A stretch of DNA of 54,235 bases, taken from Zhongshania aliphaticivorans. GTDB taxonomy: Bacteria > Verrucomicrobiota > Verrucomicrobiia > Opitutales > Coraliomargaritaceae. The stretch covers positions 1 to 54,235 of the forward strand of contig JBNMPR010000001.1 in assembly GCA_051276975.1 (NCBI GenBank), written 5' to 3'. This document shows positions 35,672-46,567 of this stretch, piece by piece; the stretch's first letter is position 1, and every line of letters starts with the position of its first letter. The position numbers and the translations under genes were made by a program. Below the pieces are notes generated by a model, which saw only the letters and a list, made by a program, of their open reading frames with translations, was not told the origin of the DNA and ran no database searches.

Positions 35672-36319
35672 ATGAACATCTCTCTACTCGGAAAAAAAAT
35701 AGGCATGACACAGATATTCGACGATGAAAATCGTTTGATTCCTGTTACTGTCATCGAAGCAGGTCCATGTCCGGTTACCCAAGTCAAGTCGACAGGGAAA
35801 GATGGCTATGATGCAATTCAGATTGGATTCCGCGCTCAAAAAGAACACCGCATGTCAAAGGGTGAACTTGGGCACCTCAAAAAGGCCGGAGCAGATCCAG
35901 TTGCAGAACTAAGCGAATTCACGACAAACGGTGAAACGGATGTAAAAGTTGGAGATGTCCTGACTGTTGAGCATTTTAAGGCAGGCCAGAAGATCGATGT
36001 GGTCGGTACTTCTAAAGGACGTGGCTTTCAAGGCGTTGTTAAACGTTATGGATTTGCCGGTGGCCCTGCATCTCATGGTTCGATGTTTCACCGCCGTGGT
36101 GGATCATACGGTTTCTGCCAATGGCCGGGACACGTTATAAAAGGTAAGAAAATGCCGGGCCGCATGGGCGGAGATCAGCGTACAGTTCAGAATCTTGAAG
36201 TGGTTAAAGTAATCGCTGAAAAAAATTTAATACTTATCAAAGGCAGCACGCCTGGCTCACGTGGTGGTCTCGTTACTGTCCGCACTGCAATAAAAACCAA
36301 ATCTGCCAGGCAGGTATAA
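35672..36319 (+). CDS. rplC: 50S ribosomal protein L3
   Basis: [29 protein letters not shown]. Confidence 0.99.
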   Translation: MNISLLGKKIGMTQIFDDENRLIPVTVIEAGPCPVTQVKSTGKDGYDAIQIGFRAQKEHRMSKGELGHLKKAGADPVAELSEFTTNGETDVKVGDVLTVEHFKAGQKIDVVGTSKGRGFQGVVKRYGFAGGPASHGSMFHRRGGSYGFCQWPGHVIKGKKMPGRMGGDQRTVQNLEVVKVIAEKNLILIKGSTPGSRGGLVTVRTAIKTKSARQV

Positions 36320-36335
36320 GTAAGAGGTATCAAAA

Positions 36336-36968
36336 ATGAAACTTAAGGTATATTCAGTTGACGGGAAAAACAGCGCGGAAAAAGATTTTCCAGCATTCCC
36401 TGCATTCGAAGACGACAAAGGAATCACAGCACTCCGTCAGGTTGTGATTGCTCAGCAGGCAAACAAGCGTCAGGGCAATGCAAGCACCAAAACACGTGCG
36501 GAAGTAAGTGGCTCTGGTAAAAAGCTCTTTCGCCAAAAAGGTACAGGCAATGCGCGCCAAGGTTCACGTCGTGTGCCTCATCAGCGACACGGTGGTGTTG
36601 CTCATGGGCCCAAACCACGTGATTTTTCTCAGAAAATTAACGACAAGATGAAGGCACTTGCTTTTCGCCGCGCACTCTTTGAGCGCGCCACTGAAGGTGG
36701 TCTTTCTGTCATAGAAGCGTTTGAGGTTAAGGAGCCGAAGACGAAGCTATTCTATCAGGTGCTCACTGCGATGCTGCCAAAGCATAGAAAAGTTTTAATT
36801 ATCGACGATTCCTTTGAAGAAAATGCCGCGCTTGCTGCACGTAATATCGAAGGGCTTTCCCTTGCGATAGCCAGCAATTTGAGCGCCCTTGATATTGTCC
36901 GTTATCAACAAATCATCGTGAGTGCAAAAGGCATCGAAACAATAATCGCCCGAGCAAACAAAGGCTAG
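36336..36968 (+). CDS. rplD: 50S ribosomal protein L4
   Basis: TKTRAEVSGSGKK..RQKGTGNARQG. Confidence 0.99.
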   Translation: MKLKVYSVDGKNSAEKDFPAFPAFEDDKGITALRQVVIAQQANKRQGNASTKTRAEVSGSGKKLFRQKGTGNARQGSRRVPHQRHGGVAHGPKPRDFSQKINDKMKALAFRRALFERATEGGLSVIEAFEVKEPKTKLFYQVLTAMLPKHRKVLIIDDSFEENAALAARNIEGLSLAIASNLSALDIVRYQQIIVSAKGIETIIARANKG

Positions 36969-36970
36969 TT

Positions 36971-37261
36971 ATGATCATTGCTAACAATATTCTTCGCGAA
37001 TTCCGAGTGACTGAGAAAGCTGCAAACTTGGCAGCTAATCTGAATCAGTACACCTTCGAAGTCAATCCACGTGCCAAACGCAAAGAAGTTGCTTTGGCTG
37101 TTGCAGAGGTCTTCAACGTTACGGTGACCAATGTGAACATTCTCATTAAAAAGCCAAAAGTGAAAATCGAACGCTCTCGTGGTGGACGTAAAGGCACAAA
37201 AGGCGGATACAAAAAAGCTATCGTTAGCCTCAAAGAGGGCGACAAAATAGAACTTGTCTAA
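36971..37261 (+). CDS. rplW: 50S ribosomal protein L23
   Basis: VTEKA, YTFEV, YKKAIVSL. Confidence 0.97.
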   Translation: MIIANNILREFRVTEKAANLAANLNQYTFEVNPRAKRKEVALAVAEVFNVTVTNVNILIKKPKVKIERSRGGRKGTKGGYKKAIVSLKEGDKIELV

Positions 37262-37278
37262 AATAAATTTTACGCGCT

Positions 37279-38124
37279 ATGGCACTTATAAAATCCAGAC
37301 CACTAACTCCAGGCCAGCGATTCCTTGTACGCAACAAAGCCGAGGTTTCCAAAAAGAAGCCCGAGCGTCAGCTCACGACTTACAATCACAAGAAAAAGGG
37401 ACGCAACTGTTATGGACGCATCACCTCGCGTCGTCGTGGTGGTGGGCACAAGCGCGCCTATCGTATCATTGATTTTCGCAGAGAAAAGATCGACATACCG
37501 GCAAAAGTTCAAGCCATCGAATACGATCCGAATCGCTCAGCAAACATTGCTCTTCTGGCATATGTTGACGGTGAGAAGCGCTACATTCTAGCACCACGCG
37601 GTGTAAAAGAGGGCGATATGCTGTTGAATGTAAATACACGTGTTGAGTTTTCGCCCGGCTACAGTATGCCGCTCGCAGTTGTGCCACCGGCTACCAAGAT
37701 TCACGCAATTGAATTGCATCCCGGCCGTGGAGCCCAAATTGCACGTTCTGCCGGTCAATCGGCACAACTTGTTTCAGTCGACGGTGAACGTGCGACCGTT
37801 AAATTGCCTTCCGGTGAAATCCGTTTCCTAAACGCTCGCTGTCGGGCAACCATCGGCGAAGTCGGGAATCACGAGCACCAAGGGCAAAGCCTTGGCAAAG
37901 CAGGCCGTAACCGTTGGCTTGGTCGCAGGCCTCGCGTTCGCGGTGTTGCAATGAATCCTGTTGATCACCCAATGGGTGGTGGTGAGGGCCGCACTTCAGG
38001 TGGTGGTCACCCTCAGTCACCATGGGGACAGCTCTCTAAAGGATTTCCAACCCGTAAGAAAAAGAATCCAACCAATACACAAATTCTCGTGCGCCGCAAT
38101 GGTCGCCAGTTCAAGAGAAAATAA
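37279..38124 (+). CDS. rplB: 50S ribosomal protein L2
   Basis: [30 protein letters not shown]. Confidence 0.99.
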   Translation: MALIKSRPLTPGQRFLVRNKAEVSKKKPERQLTTYNHKKKGRNCYGRITSRRRGGGHKRAYRIIDFRREKIDIPAKVQAIEYDPNRSANIALLAYVDGEKRYILAPRGVKEGDMLLNVNTRVEFSPGYSMPLAVVPPATKIHAIELHPGRGAQIARSAGQSAQLVSVDGERATVKLPSGEIRFLNARCRATIGEVGNHEHQGQSLGKAGRNRWLGRRPRVRGVAMNPVDHPMGGGEGRTSGGGHPQSPWGQLSKGFPTRKKKNPTNTQILVRRNGRQFKRK

Positions 38125-38142
38125 AATCCCTGTTGTTTCATT

Positions 38143-38412
38143 ATGTCTCGTTCTATTAAAAAAGGTTTCTTCGTTGATCCACATCTCTCTAAAAAGATAG
38201 GTGAGGTTCAGGCTACCGATGACCGTAAACCCATTCAGACCTGGTCTCGTCGTTCAACAATTACTCCCGATTTCGTGGGGCTCAATTTCACGGTCCACAA
38301 CGGTCGCAGCTTTCTGCCCGTTTACGTGACTGAAAATATGGTGGGCCACAAGTTAGGTGAATTTTCACCGACTCGTACGTTCAAAGGTCACGAGGCCAAG
38401 AAAAAGAAGTAG
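38143..38412 (+). CDS. rpsS: 30S ribosomal protein S19
   Basis: [21 protein letters not shown]. Confidence 0.99.
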   Translation: MSRSIKKGFFVDPHLSKKIGEVQATDDRKPIQTWSRRSTITPDFVGLNFTVHNGRSFLPVYVTENMVGHKLGEFSPTRTFKGHEAKKKK

Positions 38413-38435
38413 TAGGGATTTTACAGGAATTTTTC

Positions 38436-38807
38436 ATGACTTTCAGTACACAACATCTAACCAAGCTTATTTGCTTTCTTCTCTTAGGAGTTCAGATCGC
38501 AGGCAGCTATGTGTGTGCGGAAGTTCCTGCTTTTGTTGATGAATCGATCTACAGTTCCAATAAGGCAACGGTATCGACTATTGATTCCAACCTTGCAGCC
38601 GATCTTGTGATTCTTGATGGCGGTCTCGAACAAGGACTACGCCTTGGCATGGTATGCCTGGTTGAACGTGGCACTCAATTCATTGGAGAACTCATCGTCA
38701 TCGAATCCAGAAGCAACTGTTCGGCGGCCCTTATTCTTAACCTGACAGACAATTTAACCATTCAATCCGGCGATAGAGTCCGGGTAAAAACCTTTCAAAA
38801 CAGCTGA
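38436..38807 (+). CDS. Hypothetical exported protein with FlgT C-terminal-like beta-barrel, inserted in the S10 operon
   Basis: Signal peptide (ICFLLLGVQIAGSYVCA); VILDGGLEQGLRLGM...IGELIVIE...SAALI...IQSGDRV pattern; fills the rpsS-rplV gap. Confidence 0.75.
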   Translation: MTFSTQHLTKLICFLLLGVQIAGSYVCAEVPAFVDESIYSSNKATVSTIDSNLAADLVILDGGLEQGLRLGMVCLVERGTQFIGELIVIESRSNCSAALILNLTDNLTIQSGDRVRVKTFQNS

Positions 38808-38812
38808 ATCTT

Positions 38813-39148
38813 ATGCAGATACATGCCTACACCAAATACGCTCGCATGTCGCCCCGCAAGGTGCGTGATATAACACGTGCCATCCAGGGACGCAATGCTG
38901 CTGAAGCAGTTGAGATTTTGCGCTACATTCCGCGCAAGTCTGCACGGCTCGTGAGCAAGACACTGCAGTCAGCGATCGCAAATGCTGAGAACAACAACAA
39001 TCTTTCCTCGGATGCGCTCACAATTGAATCTGCGATTGTTGAGAAAGGGCCTAAGTTCAAACGGTTTCGTCCTGCAGCACGCGGCTCGGCTCATCCTTAC
39101 AGCAAGGTTTCCAGCCACATCCGTATAGTTTTATCAGACGAATCATAA
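38813..39148 (+). CDS. rplV: 50S ribosomal protein L22
   Basis: RMSPRKVR, SAIANAENN, RFRPAARG. Confidence 0.99.
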   Translation: MQIHAYTKYARMSPRKVRDITRAIQGRNAAEAVEILRYIPRKSARLVSKTLQSAIANAENNNNLSSDALTIESAIVEKGPKFKRFRPAARGSAHPYSKVSSHIRIVLSDES

Positions 39149-39166
39149 GCAAACACGACTTTTACT

Positions 39167-39799
39167 ATGGGACAAAAAGTTCATCCAAATGGTTTCCGAC
39201 TAGCAGTCACTCGTGACTGGGACTCGCGTTGGTATGCCTCCAAAAAAGATTTTCCGCTCTTCGTTAAGGAAGATTACATTATACGTGAGTTTCTTTCTAA
39301 AAGGCTCAGGTATGCTTCTGTACCACGTATTTTTATTGAGCGTGCTTCGGGTCGTATCCGTGTTAAAGTCTTTACTGCCCGTCCAGGTGTAGTGATTGGC
39401 CGCAAAGGCACCGAGTTGGATAAGCTGAAGGAAAACCTTTATAAAATTGTTCAAAAAGACATCATGCTTGATATTCAGGAAGTAAAACGCCCTGAATTGT
39501 CCGGACAATTGGTCGCAGAAGCGGTTGCACTGCAACTTGAGCGTCGTATTGCCTTCCGTCGTGCGATGAAGCGCGCAGTCCAGAATACAATAGCGATGGG
39601 TGCAGACGGTATCCGCGTTCAATGTGGTGGACGTCTTGGTGGTGCTGATATTGCACGTACTGAGCAACAGCGTATGGGTAAAGTGCCATTGCAGACGATC
39701 CGCGCAAATATCAGTTATGGCTTCAGTGAAGCGCGCACAGTCTATGGAATTATTGGAGTCAAATGCTGGATCTGTATTCCTGACGAAAACGGAGTATAA
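39167..39799 (+). CDS. rpsC: 30S ribosomal protein S3
   Basis: MGQKVHPNGFRL, ARPGVVIGRKG, GRLGGADIAR. Confidence 0.99.
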   Translation: MGQKVHPNGFRLAVTRDWDSRWYASKKDFPLFVKEDYIIREFLSKRLRYASVPRIFIERASGRIRVKVFTARPGVVIGRKGTELDKLKENLYKIVQKDIMLDIQEVKRPELSGQLVAEAVALQLERRIAFRRAMKRAVQNTIAMGADGIRVQCGGRLGGADIARTEQQRMGKVPLQTIRANISYGFSEARTVYGIIGVKCWICIPDENGV

Positions 39800-39849
39800 T
39801 TACAGCCTGAGATAGCCATACAAATTCAACTTTTCAAAATCAGTTAACA

Positions 39850-40269
39850 ATGCAATATTTACCATCACGCACAAAATACCGCAAAGTCCATAAAGGACGC
39901 ATCCGCGGTGAAGCCCAGTCCGGTAACACGGTTGCCTTTGGTGAATTCGGTATCCAGTCGTTGACCCGAGGACGTATGACCTCACAGCAGATCGAAGCTG
40001 CTCGTGTTGCGATGACCCGTAGCCTAAAGCGTAAAGGAAAAGTTTGGATTCGTGTATTCCCACACAAGCCAGTAACTAAAAAGCCTGCTGAAACTCGTAT
40101 GGGTAAGGGTAAAGGTCCCGTAGAGCATTGGGTCGCCATCGTGCGCCCCGGCACGGTGCTCTTTGAAATCGCAGGCTGCACACCGGCAGCTGCCCAAGAG
40201 GCACTTCGTCTGGCAGATACAAAACTACCATTTTATTGTCGATTCGTTGTCCGTGAAGACGACCTATAA
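39850..40269 (+). CDS. rplP: 50S ribosomal protein L16
   Basis: [21 protein letters not shown]. Confidence 0.99.
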   Translation: MQYLPSRTKYRKVHKGRIRGEAQSGNTVAFGEFGIQSLTRGRMTSQQIEAARVAMTRSLKRKGKVWIRVFPHKPVTKKPAETRMGKGKGPVEHWVAIVRPGTVLFEIAGCTPAAAQEALRLADTKLPFYCRFVVREDDL

Positions 40270-40293
40270 GTCCTTTTTTAAAAGTTATTTCTC

Positions 40294-40500
40294 ATGAGCA
40301 CTATAAAAGATATACGCGAAATGTCCGCAGCCGAAATCGAAAAAAAACTTCGTGAAACGCGAGATGAACATATGAACCTCCGTTTACGCAAACAGACTGG
40401 TCAAATAGAGCATCCGCACAAATTCAAAGAACTGCGGCACGACATAGCTCGTTTGGAAACAATTCTCAGAGAGAAGAAACTCTCTGTTGCCAGTGTCTGA
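40294..40500 (+). CDS. rpmC: 50S ribosomal protein L29
   Basis: LRHDIARLETILRE; operon position. Confidence 0.97.
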   Translation: MSTIKDIREMSAAEIEKKLRETRDEHMNLRLRKQTGQIEHPHKFKELRHDIARLETILREKKLSVASV

Positions 40501-40527
40501 TTTTGAAACAACCTCACTTTTGTCATT

Positions 40528-40899
40528 ATGGAAGCAACACGCAATATACGTAAATCCTTGATTGGGACAGTCACCAGCCGTTCTGGTGAAAAAACCATCA
40601 AGGTTACTTACTTTTACAAAATCCCGCACCCACTTTATCGTAAAGAGATCAAACGGAAAACCGTAGTTCATGTTCACGATGAAGCGAATGATTGTGGCCT
40701 TGGCGACAAAGTCGAGATCATGGAAACACGTCCGATAAGCAAACTTAAGCGCTGGCGTGTTACCAAAGTCATCGATAGAGCACCGAGGGTTGGCGATGAT
40801 ATCGTTGAAGAAACAAAGATTGAAGCTACTGAAGTAGAAGTTGCTGAAACCGTTGCAACAGAAACCGCAGACAAAGCGGAATCTTCCAAAGCCACTTAA
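40528..40899 (+). CDS. rpsQ: 30S ribosomal protein S17 (acidic C-terminal tail)
   Basis: HPLYRK, HDEANDC, ETRPISKLKRW. Confidence 0.98.
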   Translation: MEATRNIRKSLIGTVTSRSGEKTIKVTYFYKIPHPLYRKEIKRKTVVHVHDEANDCGLGDKVEIMETRPISKLKRWRVTKVIDRAPRVGDDIVEETKIEATEVEVAETVATETADKAESSKAT

Positions 40900-40931
40900 T
40901 TACTTTTTAACCTGAAAAGGAGACTTAAATC

Positions 40932-41294
40932 ATGATACAGATGAACAGTCGCGTATTTATCGCGGATAACACAGGTGCTAAAGAGGCGGAAATGATTCGC
41001 CGTCTTGGACAAAACAAGCGCACCGCTCATGTGGGTGACGTAATTGTCTGTAATGTAAAAGTTACATCCACAGACTCATCCGTAAAAAAAGGTGAAGTGG
41101 TGCGTGCCGTTGTCGTGCGCACAAAAGCCCCGATACATCGTGGTGACGGAAGTTATTTGCGGTTTGATAATAATGCGGTGGTTATCCTGAATCCAGATGG
41201 TAACCCAAAAGGGACTCGTATTTTCGGACCGGTAGCTCGTGAGCTCCGTGCGAAATACATGAAAATAATTTCACTGGCTCCGGAGGTATTGTGA
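40932..41294 (+). CDS. rplN: 50S ribosomal protein L14
   Basis: [26 protein letters not shown]. Confidence 0.99.
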   Translation: MIQMNSRVFIADNTGAKEAEMIRRLGQNKRTAHVGDVIVCNVKVTSTDSSVKKGEVVRAVVVRTKAPIHRGDGSYLRFDNNAVVILNPDGNPKGTRIFGPVARELRAKYMKIISLAPEVL

Positions 41295-41295
41295 T

Positions 41296-41544
41296 ATGGC
41301 AAAGTCAATTAAAAGAGAACAAGAAGTTGTAGTTATCGCCGGTTCCCATAAGGGCAAGCGCGGCAAAGTGCTCTCTGTGAAAACAGGGGAAAGTATTATC
41401 GTCGAAGGCGTAAATCTTATCACTAAGCACATTCCCAAGACACAGGAGAATCCAGAAGGAGGTAAAACTGAACGCGAAGTGCGCATACATTACTCAAACG
41501 TAATGCTGGCTGAACGTTTTGATTCCAAAAAGAAGGAAAACTAG
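41296..41544 (+). CDS. rplX: 50S ribosomal protein L24
   Basis: [16 protein letters not shown] motif, IHYSNV. Confidence 0.97.
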   Translation: MAKSIKREQEVVVIAGSHKGKRGKVLSVKTGESIIVEGVNLITKHIPKTQENPEGGKTEREVRIHYSNVMLAERFDSKKKEN

Positions 41545-41642
41545 TCTTGCCAGATCCCGCAAGTCATTCATTTTAACGAATTTTTTTGAACCACATTAAA
41601 CTTTGATCAACCCGGTTGGTTTAGAACTCCGACCCGAAAACG

Positions 41643-42230
41643 ATGCAAGTACCCATACTAAAGAAACACTACGCTGAAAAAGTTGTACCTGAACTTATGA
41701 AAAAGTTCGGTCTCAACAACATTCATCAATTGCCATCAATCAAGAAGGTCGTGATCAATTCAGGTTTCAGTGCAACTGCTGATAAAAATCACATAGCCTA
41801 CGTTAATGATGAAATTGCGAAGATCTCCGGTCAGCGCCCGATCACGACTAAAGCTAAGCTGAGCATCTCAAACTTTAAATTGCGTGAAGGTCAGCCCATC
41901 GGGTGCAAAGTGACATTGCGGGGAAAAGTCATGTATGAGTTCCTAAACCGCCTGATACACGTAGCACTTCCGTGTATACGTGACTTTCGTGGCATTCCAG
42001 CCAGGCTCGATGGCCAAGGCAATTACACGCTCGGCATCTCCGATCACTCCATCTTTCCTGAAGTAAATGCAGATGGAACTAATGCAAATATGGGAATGGA
42101 TATATGTATCAACACGAGTGCAACTAATGATGAAGAAGGTCGTGAATTGCTCGCACAGTTTGGTATGCCATTCCGCAAGTCTACATCAGAGACTGTCGAA
42201 AAAACAGAAACTGCTGAACCAGCAAATTAA
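41643..42230 (+). CDS. rplE: 50S ribosomal protein L5
   Basis: ISGQRP, FKLREG, LPCIRDFRG, DGQGNYTLG. Confidence 0.99.
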   Translation: MQVPILKKHYAEKVVPELMKKFGLNNIHQLPSIKKVVINSGFSATADKNHIAYVNDEIAKISGQRPITTKAKLSISNFKLREGQPIGCKVTLRGKVMYEFLNRLIHVALPCIRDFRGIPARLDGQGNYTLGISDHSIFPEVNADGTNANMGMDICINTSATNDEEGRELLAQFGMPFRKSTSETVEKTETAEPAN

Positions 42231-42236
42231 TATTTT

Positions 42237-42542
42237 ATGGCAAAAAAATCATCAATCCAACGCAACTTGAAGCGTCTCCGCCTCATCGAAAAGTATGCGG
42301 CAAAACGTGCAGAGTTTAAGGCGATCCTTGCAAACCCGGATACTCCCAACGAAGATTTTTACAAGGCACAAGCAAAGCTTACCAAGTTGCCAAAAAACAG
42401 TTCGCCGATACGTGCGCGTAACCGTTGTTCCATTACTGGTCGTCCACGTGCTTATGTCGGTCGATTCGGACTTTCTCGCATCACATTTAGAGAACTTGCC
42501 ACACAAGGCAAAATTCCCGGTGTGACCAAATCATCCTGGTAA
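42237..42542 (+). CDS. rpsN: 30S ribosomal protein S14 (long, Zn-free type)
   Basis: 101 aa, [11 protein letters not shown]...FRELA...IPGVTKSSW; single Cys. Confidence 0.98.
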   Translation: MAKKSSIQRNLKRLRLIEKYAAKRAEFKAILANPDTPNEDFYKAQAKLTKLPKNSSPIRARNRCSITGRPRAYVGRFGLSRITFRELATQGKIPGVTKSSW

Positions 42543-42580
42543 TACAAAATTACACTCACTGAAAACCCAATAGTAAGACT

Positions 42581-42979
42581 ATGGCAGTTCACGATACAAT
42601 AGGTGATTTTATTACCATTATTCGCAATGCAAGCTCAGCTCATAAAGATGTCTGTATTGCACAATATTCAAAAATGCGCGCTGCCATTTCGGCAATCCTC
42701 AAGCAAGAAGGCTTCATCAACGGTTTTGTTGAAGGTAAAGATGATCGCGGTTTTAAAACGCTGGAGCTAAGCCTGAAATTTGTTCAGGGCACACCTGCGA
42801 TCACGGGTCTTGAGCGCCACAGCAAGCCAGGGCGTCGTCTCTACTACGGATCTAAGGAAATCCCACGTGTACTGGATGGCCTCGGTGTCGCAATTGTAAC
42901 GACTTCCAAGGGTGTTGTACGTGCTCGTGATGCACGCAAATTGGGTGTTGGTGGAGAGTTAATCTGCAAAGTCTGGTAA
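42581..42979 (+). CDS. rpsH: 30S ribosomal protein S8
   Basis: SKPGRRLY, GVGGELICKVW. Confidence 0.99.
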   Translation: MAVHDTIGDFITIIRNASSAHKDVCIAQYSKMRAAISAILKQEGFINGFVEGKDDRGFKTLELSLKFVQGTPAITGLERHSKPGRRLYYGSKEIPRVLDGLGVAIVTTSKGVVRARDARKLGVGGELICKVW

Positions 42980-42995
42980 CAAGGAAATATTTAAA

Positions 42996-43532
42996 ATGAG
43001 TAGAATAGGCAAACTTCCCGTACCCATCCTTGATAAGGCAACTGTAGCTGTTGAAGGCCAGACTGTGCGCATCGAGGGTCCCAAAGGTAAACTTGAGAAA
43101 ACTTTTGACCGCTCCACGAGCATTGAGGTGATCGACAATGAGATCCGCGTAAAACCTGCAAATGACAGTCGTCATTCCAAGGCGATGTTCGGAACTGTAC
43201 GCTCGATAATCAACAATATGGTAATTGGGGTAGTCGAAGGTTATAAAAAAGAGCTTGTGCTTAAAGGCGTTGGTTTTCGTGCAGTCCTTTCAGGTAATGT
43301 GCTCGATCTGGCTCTTGGCTACTCGCACCCATGCTTGTTGACCATTCCCGAAGGCATTAAAATTACGGTAGCTGAGAGTACCAAATTAACCGTCGAAGGT
43401 CCCGATAAGCATCTCGTTGGTGAAATTGCCGCGACAATTTTTAATTACTATCCTGCTGAACCTTACAAGGGCAAGGGCGTCCACATCGTTGGTAAATACG
43501 TCCGCCGTAAGGAAGGCAAAAAGTCCGCTTAA
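42996..43532 (+). CDS. rplF: 50S ribosomal protein L6
   Basis: MSRIGKLP, GYSHP, EPYKGKG. Confidence 0.99.
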   Translation: MSRIGKLPVPILDKATVAVEGQTVRIEGPKGKLEKTFDRSTSIEVIDNEIRVKPANDSRHSKAMFGTVRSIINNMVIGVVEGYKKELVLKGVGFRAVLSGNVLDLALGYSHPCLLTIPEGIKITVAESTKLTVEGPDKHLVGEIAATIFNYYPAEPYKGKGVHIVGKYVRRKEGKKSA

Positions 43533-43554
43533 TCCCATAAAGTAAATACGTTTC

Positions 43555-43908
43555 ATGAAACTCGAAAAGAAAAGAGCACTCTTACAGCGTCGCCGCTGGC
43601 GTATTCGCAAGAAAGTCAAAGGTACTGCAGAACGGCCACGCCTTGCAGTACATTTTTCTAACAAGCATATCTACGCGCAATGCATTGATGATAAGCAAGG
43701 ACATACAATGCTTTTCCTATCTTCACTGGTCAAAGATTCTACATTGAAGGCAAATGCCGAAGGTGCAGCCATACTGGGTAAATCCTTGGCTGAAAAGGCA
43801 ATTTCTGCCGGTATTGAGTCGATTGTTTTTGACCGTTCAGGACGTCGCTACCATGGCTGCGTGAAATCATTTGCTGAAGCTGCTCGCGAAGGCGGACTAA
43901 AATTTTAA
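43555..43908 (+). CDS. rplR: 50S ribosomal protein L18
   Basis: [27 protein letters not shown]. Confidence 0.99.
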   Translation: MKLEKKRALLQRRRWRIRKKVKGTAERPRLAVHFSNKHIYAQCIDDKQGHTMLFLSSLVKDSTLKANAEGAAILGKSLAEKAISAGIESIVFDRSGRRYHGCVKSFAEAAREGGLKF

Positions 43909-43915
43909 TTGATAT

Positions 43916-44446
43916 ATGAACAAGCATAAGAGTTCTAACCCTAGACATAGAAAAGATACAGAGGAACCCTCGGAGTACGTTGAAAAGGTAGTCCACATTA
44001 ACCGCTGTGCCAAAGTGGTAAAGGGCGGTCGTCGTTTCAGTTTTTCTGCACTGGTTGTAGCTGGTAATCAAAAAGGTGAAGTTGGTATTGGTTACGGCAA
44101 AGCAAAAGAGGTGCCTGAAGCAATTCGTAAAGGCACTGAACAGGCTAAGAAGAACCTTGTTTTGATCAAGCTTCGCGGTGACACGATACCGCACCATGTG
44201 ATGGGTGAAGCTGACGGGGGTAAAGTGATCTTACGTCCAGCTTCCGATGGTACTGGTGTTATCGCCGGTGGTGGATGTCGTGCAGTTCTCGAGTCCGTGG
44301 GCATAAAAAACGTTCTTTCAAAATCACTTGGTTCGAACAACCACCTGGCCATGGTCAATGCGACTATGGCGGCATTGAAGCAGCTACGCTCCAATGATGA
44401 AATCAAAAAAATACGTTTTGGCAGTCCTGTGACAGCTGAAGCATAA
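43916..44446 (+). CDS. rpsE: 30S ribosomal protein S5
   Basis: [24 protein letters not shown]. Confidence 0.99.
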   Translation: MNKHKSSNPRHRKDTEEPSEYVEKVVHINRCAKVVKGGRRFSFSALVVAGNQKGEVGIGYGKAKEVPEAIRKGTEQAKKNLVLIKLRGDTIPHHVMGEADGGKVILRPASDGTGVIAGGGCRAVLESVGIKNVLSKSLGSNNHLAMVNATMAALKQLRSNDEIKKIRFGSPVTAEA

Positions 44447-44457
44447 GGGTTAATAAA

Positions 44458-44937
44458 ATGAATCTCGAAAATATTCCAACAATTCAAGGTGCAACTCACC
44501 CAACCAAACGTCTTGGTCGCGGTGAAGGCAGCGGTCATGGTAAAACCTGCGGAAAAGGCCACAAGGGACAGAAATGTCGCTCAGGTGGTGGTATTCCGAT
44601 CGGTTTTGAAGGTGGTCAGATGCCACTTTACCGGAAGCTTCCCCGTCGTGGTTTTAACAACTTTAAATTTTGCACGCGCTATCAGCTGATCAACTTAGGC
44701 CAGCTTGAAAAGCTTGAAGGCGATGTCGTCTCACGTGAAATTTTGATCGAAGCAGGTCTGGTACGCGACAATGAAGAAGGTCTCAAATTACTTGGTGACG
44801 GTGAAGTATCCAAAGCATTCACGGTAACTGTGGATAAAGTTTCTAAGTCCGCAAAAAGTAAAATCGAAGCAGCCGGCGGTAAAGTTGTCGAGCTAGCAGT
44901 AACGACTGAAGGAGAAGAAACAACAGAGGAAGCTTAA
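44458..44937 (+). CDS. rplO: 50S ribosomal protein L15
   Basis: RLGRGEGSG, GFEGGQMPL. Confidence 0.99.
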   Translation: MNLENIPTIQGATHPTKRLGRGEGSGHGKTCGKGHKGQKCRSGGGIPIGFEGGQMPLYRKLPRRGFNNFKFCTRYQLINLGQLEKLEGDVVSREILIEAGLVRDNEEGLKLLGDGEVSKAFTVTVDKVSKSAKSKIEAAGGKVVELAVTTEGEETTEEA

Positions 44938-44977
44938 TCCGGCAATTGCCCCATCTTGCCTCAAGTAAACCAGGTCT

Positions 44978-46492
44978 ATGTTTTCCGCGTTCACAAATTC
45001 CCTGAAGATACCAGAGCTTCGGCAGAAGATTTTCTTCACCCTTGCGCTGTTGTTCATTGCGCGTGTTGGAGCCAACATTCCGTTGCCAGGAATGAACATT
45101 GGCCCGATTAATGATTTTATGGCAGACCAGTCATCAGCTAGTGGTGGCTTGGTAGGTCTCTACAATATGTTCACTGGTGGTGCGCTTCTAAATGGAGCTG
45201 TCTTTGCTTTGGGCATCATGCCCTACATCAGTGCTTCGATTATTATGCAACTGGTTGGTGCAGTATTCCCAGTTATTTCCCGTTTGCAGCAGGAAGGTGA
45301 TGTGGGCCGCCAGAAGATAAACCAATATACGCGTTATCTGACAATTGCTATTTGCGTTGTCCAGGGCTTGTTGTTGCTGATAGCGCTTAGTACAAACCCC
45401 GGTAGTATTGTAGGGCAAGGATTTAGCCCGGAAGAGTACGGTCCGGTAGTCATTGCGAACCAAGCACAATTTCTGATTACGGGTACAATTTTCCTAACTG
45501 CCGGAGCAATGATTCTGGTATGGTTGGGTGAGCAGATAACACAGAAAGGCATTGGTAACGGGATTTCACTACTCATTACAATCAGCATTATTGCAGAGTT
45601 GCCCGCTGCGGTCGTATCCGCTTATCAGATGTTTGTTGCACCTGTAGGATCTGAAGGTCCCCAATTGGATGTCTTTGAAGGTGTTCTAATGTTGGCCTTA
45701 TTGTTTACTGTGACTGCAGCTCTGGTTGCAATTACTCAGGCCCAGCGAAAAATACCAGTTCAGTATGCGAAGCGTGTTGTTGGCCGTAAGGTTTACGGAG
45801 GACAAAGCTCGTTCCTGCCGCTCAAGGTTAATTATGCAGGGGTGATGCCAGTCATCTTTGCCTCTGCAATTCTGATGTTTCCCACGCAGATTTTAAGCTA
45901 CCTGGGCACGGCGACTGACATGCGGTTTTTTAACGACATTGCAGGTTCACTTAGTCGAGGCGAGTCGTGGTACTACCTATTGTTTGGTTTTCTGATATTT
46001 GTGTTCAGTTACTTTTGGGTTTCGATGATGTTCAAGCCGGTGCAAATTGCAGATGATTTGAAAAAGAATGGTGGTTACATTCCCGGTGTCCGTCCCGGTG
46101 AACCTACAGCTAAGTTCCTGGACCATATTATGACACGCCTTACTTTGTTTGGTGCATTGTCACTCACGCTGATTGCACTTTTTCCCGACATTCTCCTTTT
46201 TAGCTACAATGTACCGTTTTCCGTTGCTGTCTTTTTTGGGGGTACAGGGATGTTGATTACAGTAGGTGTTCTTTTGGATACAATGCGGCAGGTTGAAACT
46301 TATCTGTTGCAGCGTCATTACGACGGGTTTCTTAAGAAGGGTAAAATCCGTGGCCGTTCTGCTGCACGCAACAAACAGCTGGTTGACTCAGCCGGTCTGC
46401 AAGACTTTTGGACTGCCTGGCGTCCGCTCTTGGTTATTGCAGTTGCTTTGTTCTTCCTAGGGATCGTTTCCTGGGCACTTAAAACTTTTTAA
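44978..46492 (+). CDS. secY: Preprotein translocase subunit SecY
   Basis: ALGIMPYISASII, WLGEQIT..GIGNGISL, GGYIPGVRPG, FGGTGMLITVGV; extra C-terminal hydrophobic helix. Confidence 0.99.
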   Translation: MFSAFTNSLKIPELRQKIFFTLALLFIARVGANIPLPGMNIGPINDFMADQSSASGGLVGLYNMFTGGALLNGAVFALGIMPYISASIIMQLVGAVFPVISRLQQEGDVGRQKINQYTRYLTIAICVVQGLLLLIALSTNPGSIVGQGFSPEEYGPVVIANQAQFLITGTIFLTAGAMILVWLGEQITQKGIGNGISLLITISIIAELPAAVVSAYQMFVAPVGSEGPQLDVFEGVLMLALLFTVTAALVAITQAQRKIPVQYAKRVVGRKVYGGQSSFLPLKVNYAGVMPVIFASAILMFPTQILSYLGTATDMRFFNDIAGSLSRGESWYYLLFGFLIFVFSYFWVSMMFKPVQIADDLKKNGGYIPGVRPGEPTAKFLDHIMTRLTLFGALSLTLIALFPDILLFSYNVPFSVAVFFGGTGMLITVGVLLDTMRQVETYLLQRHYDGFLKKGKIRGRSAARNKQLVDSAGLQDFWTAWRPLLVIAVALFFLGIVSWALKTF

Positions 46493-46567
46493 TCACAGGT
46501 CGGGGGGTGATTTAAAAAATCCCCGATTCATACTTTTGTTCTTTGTTATAGTTTCCTTTCGCCGCCA

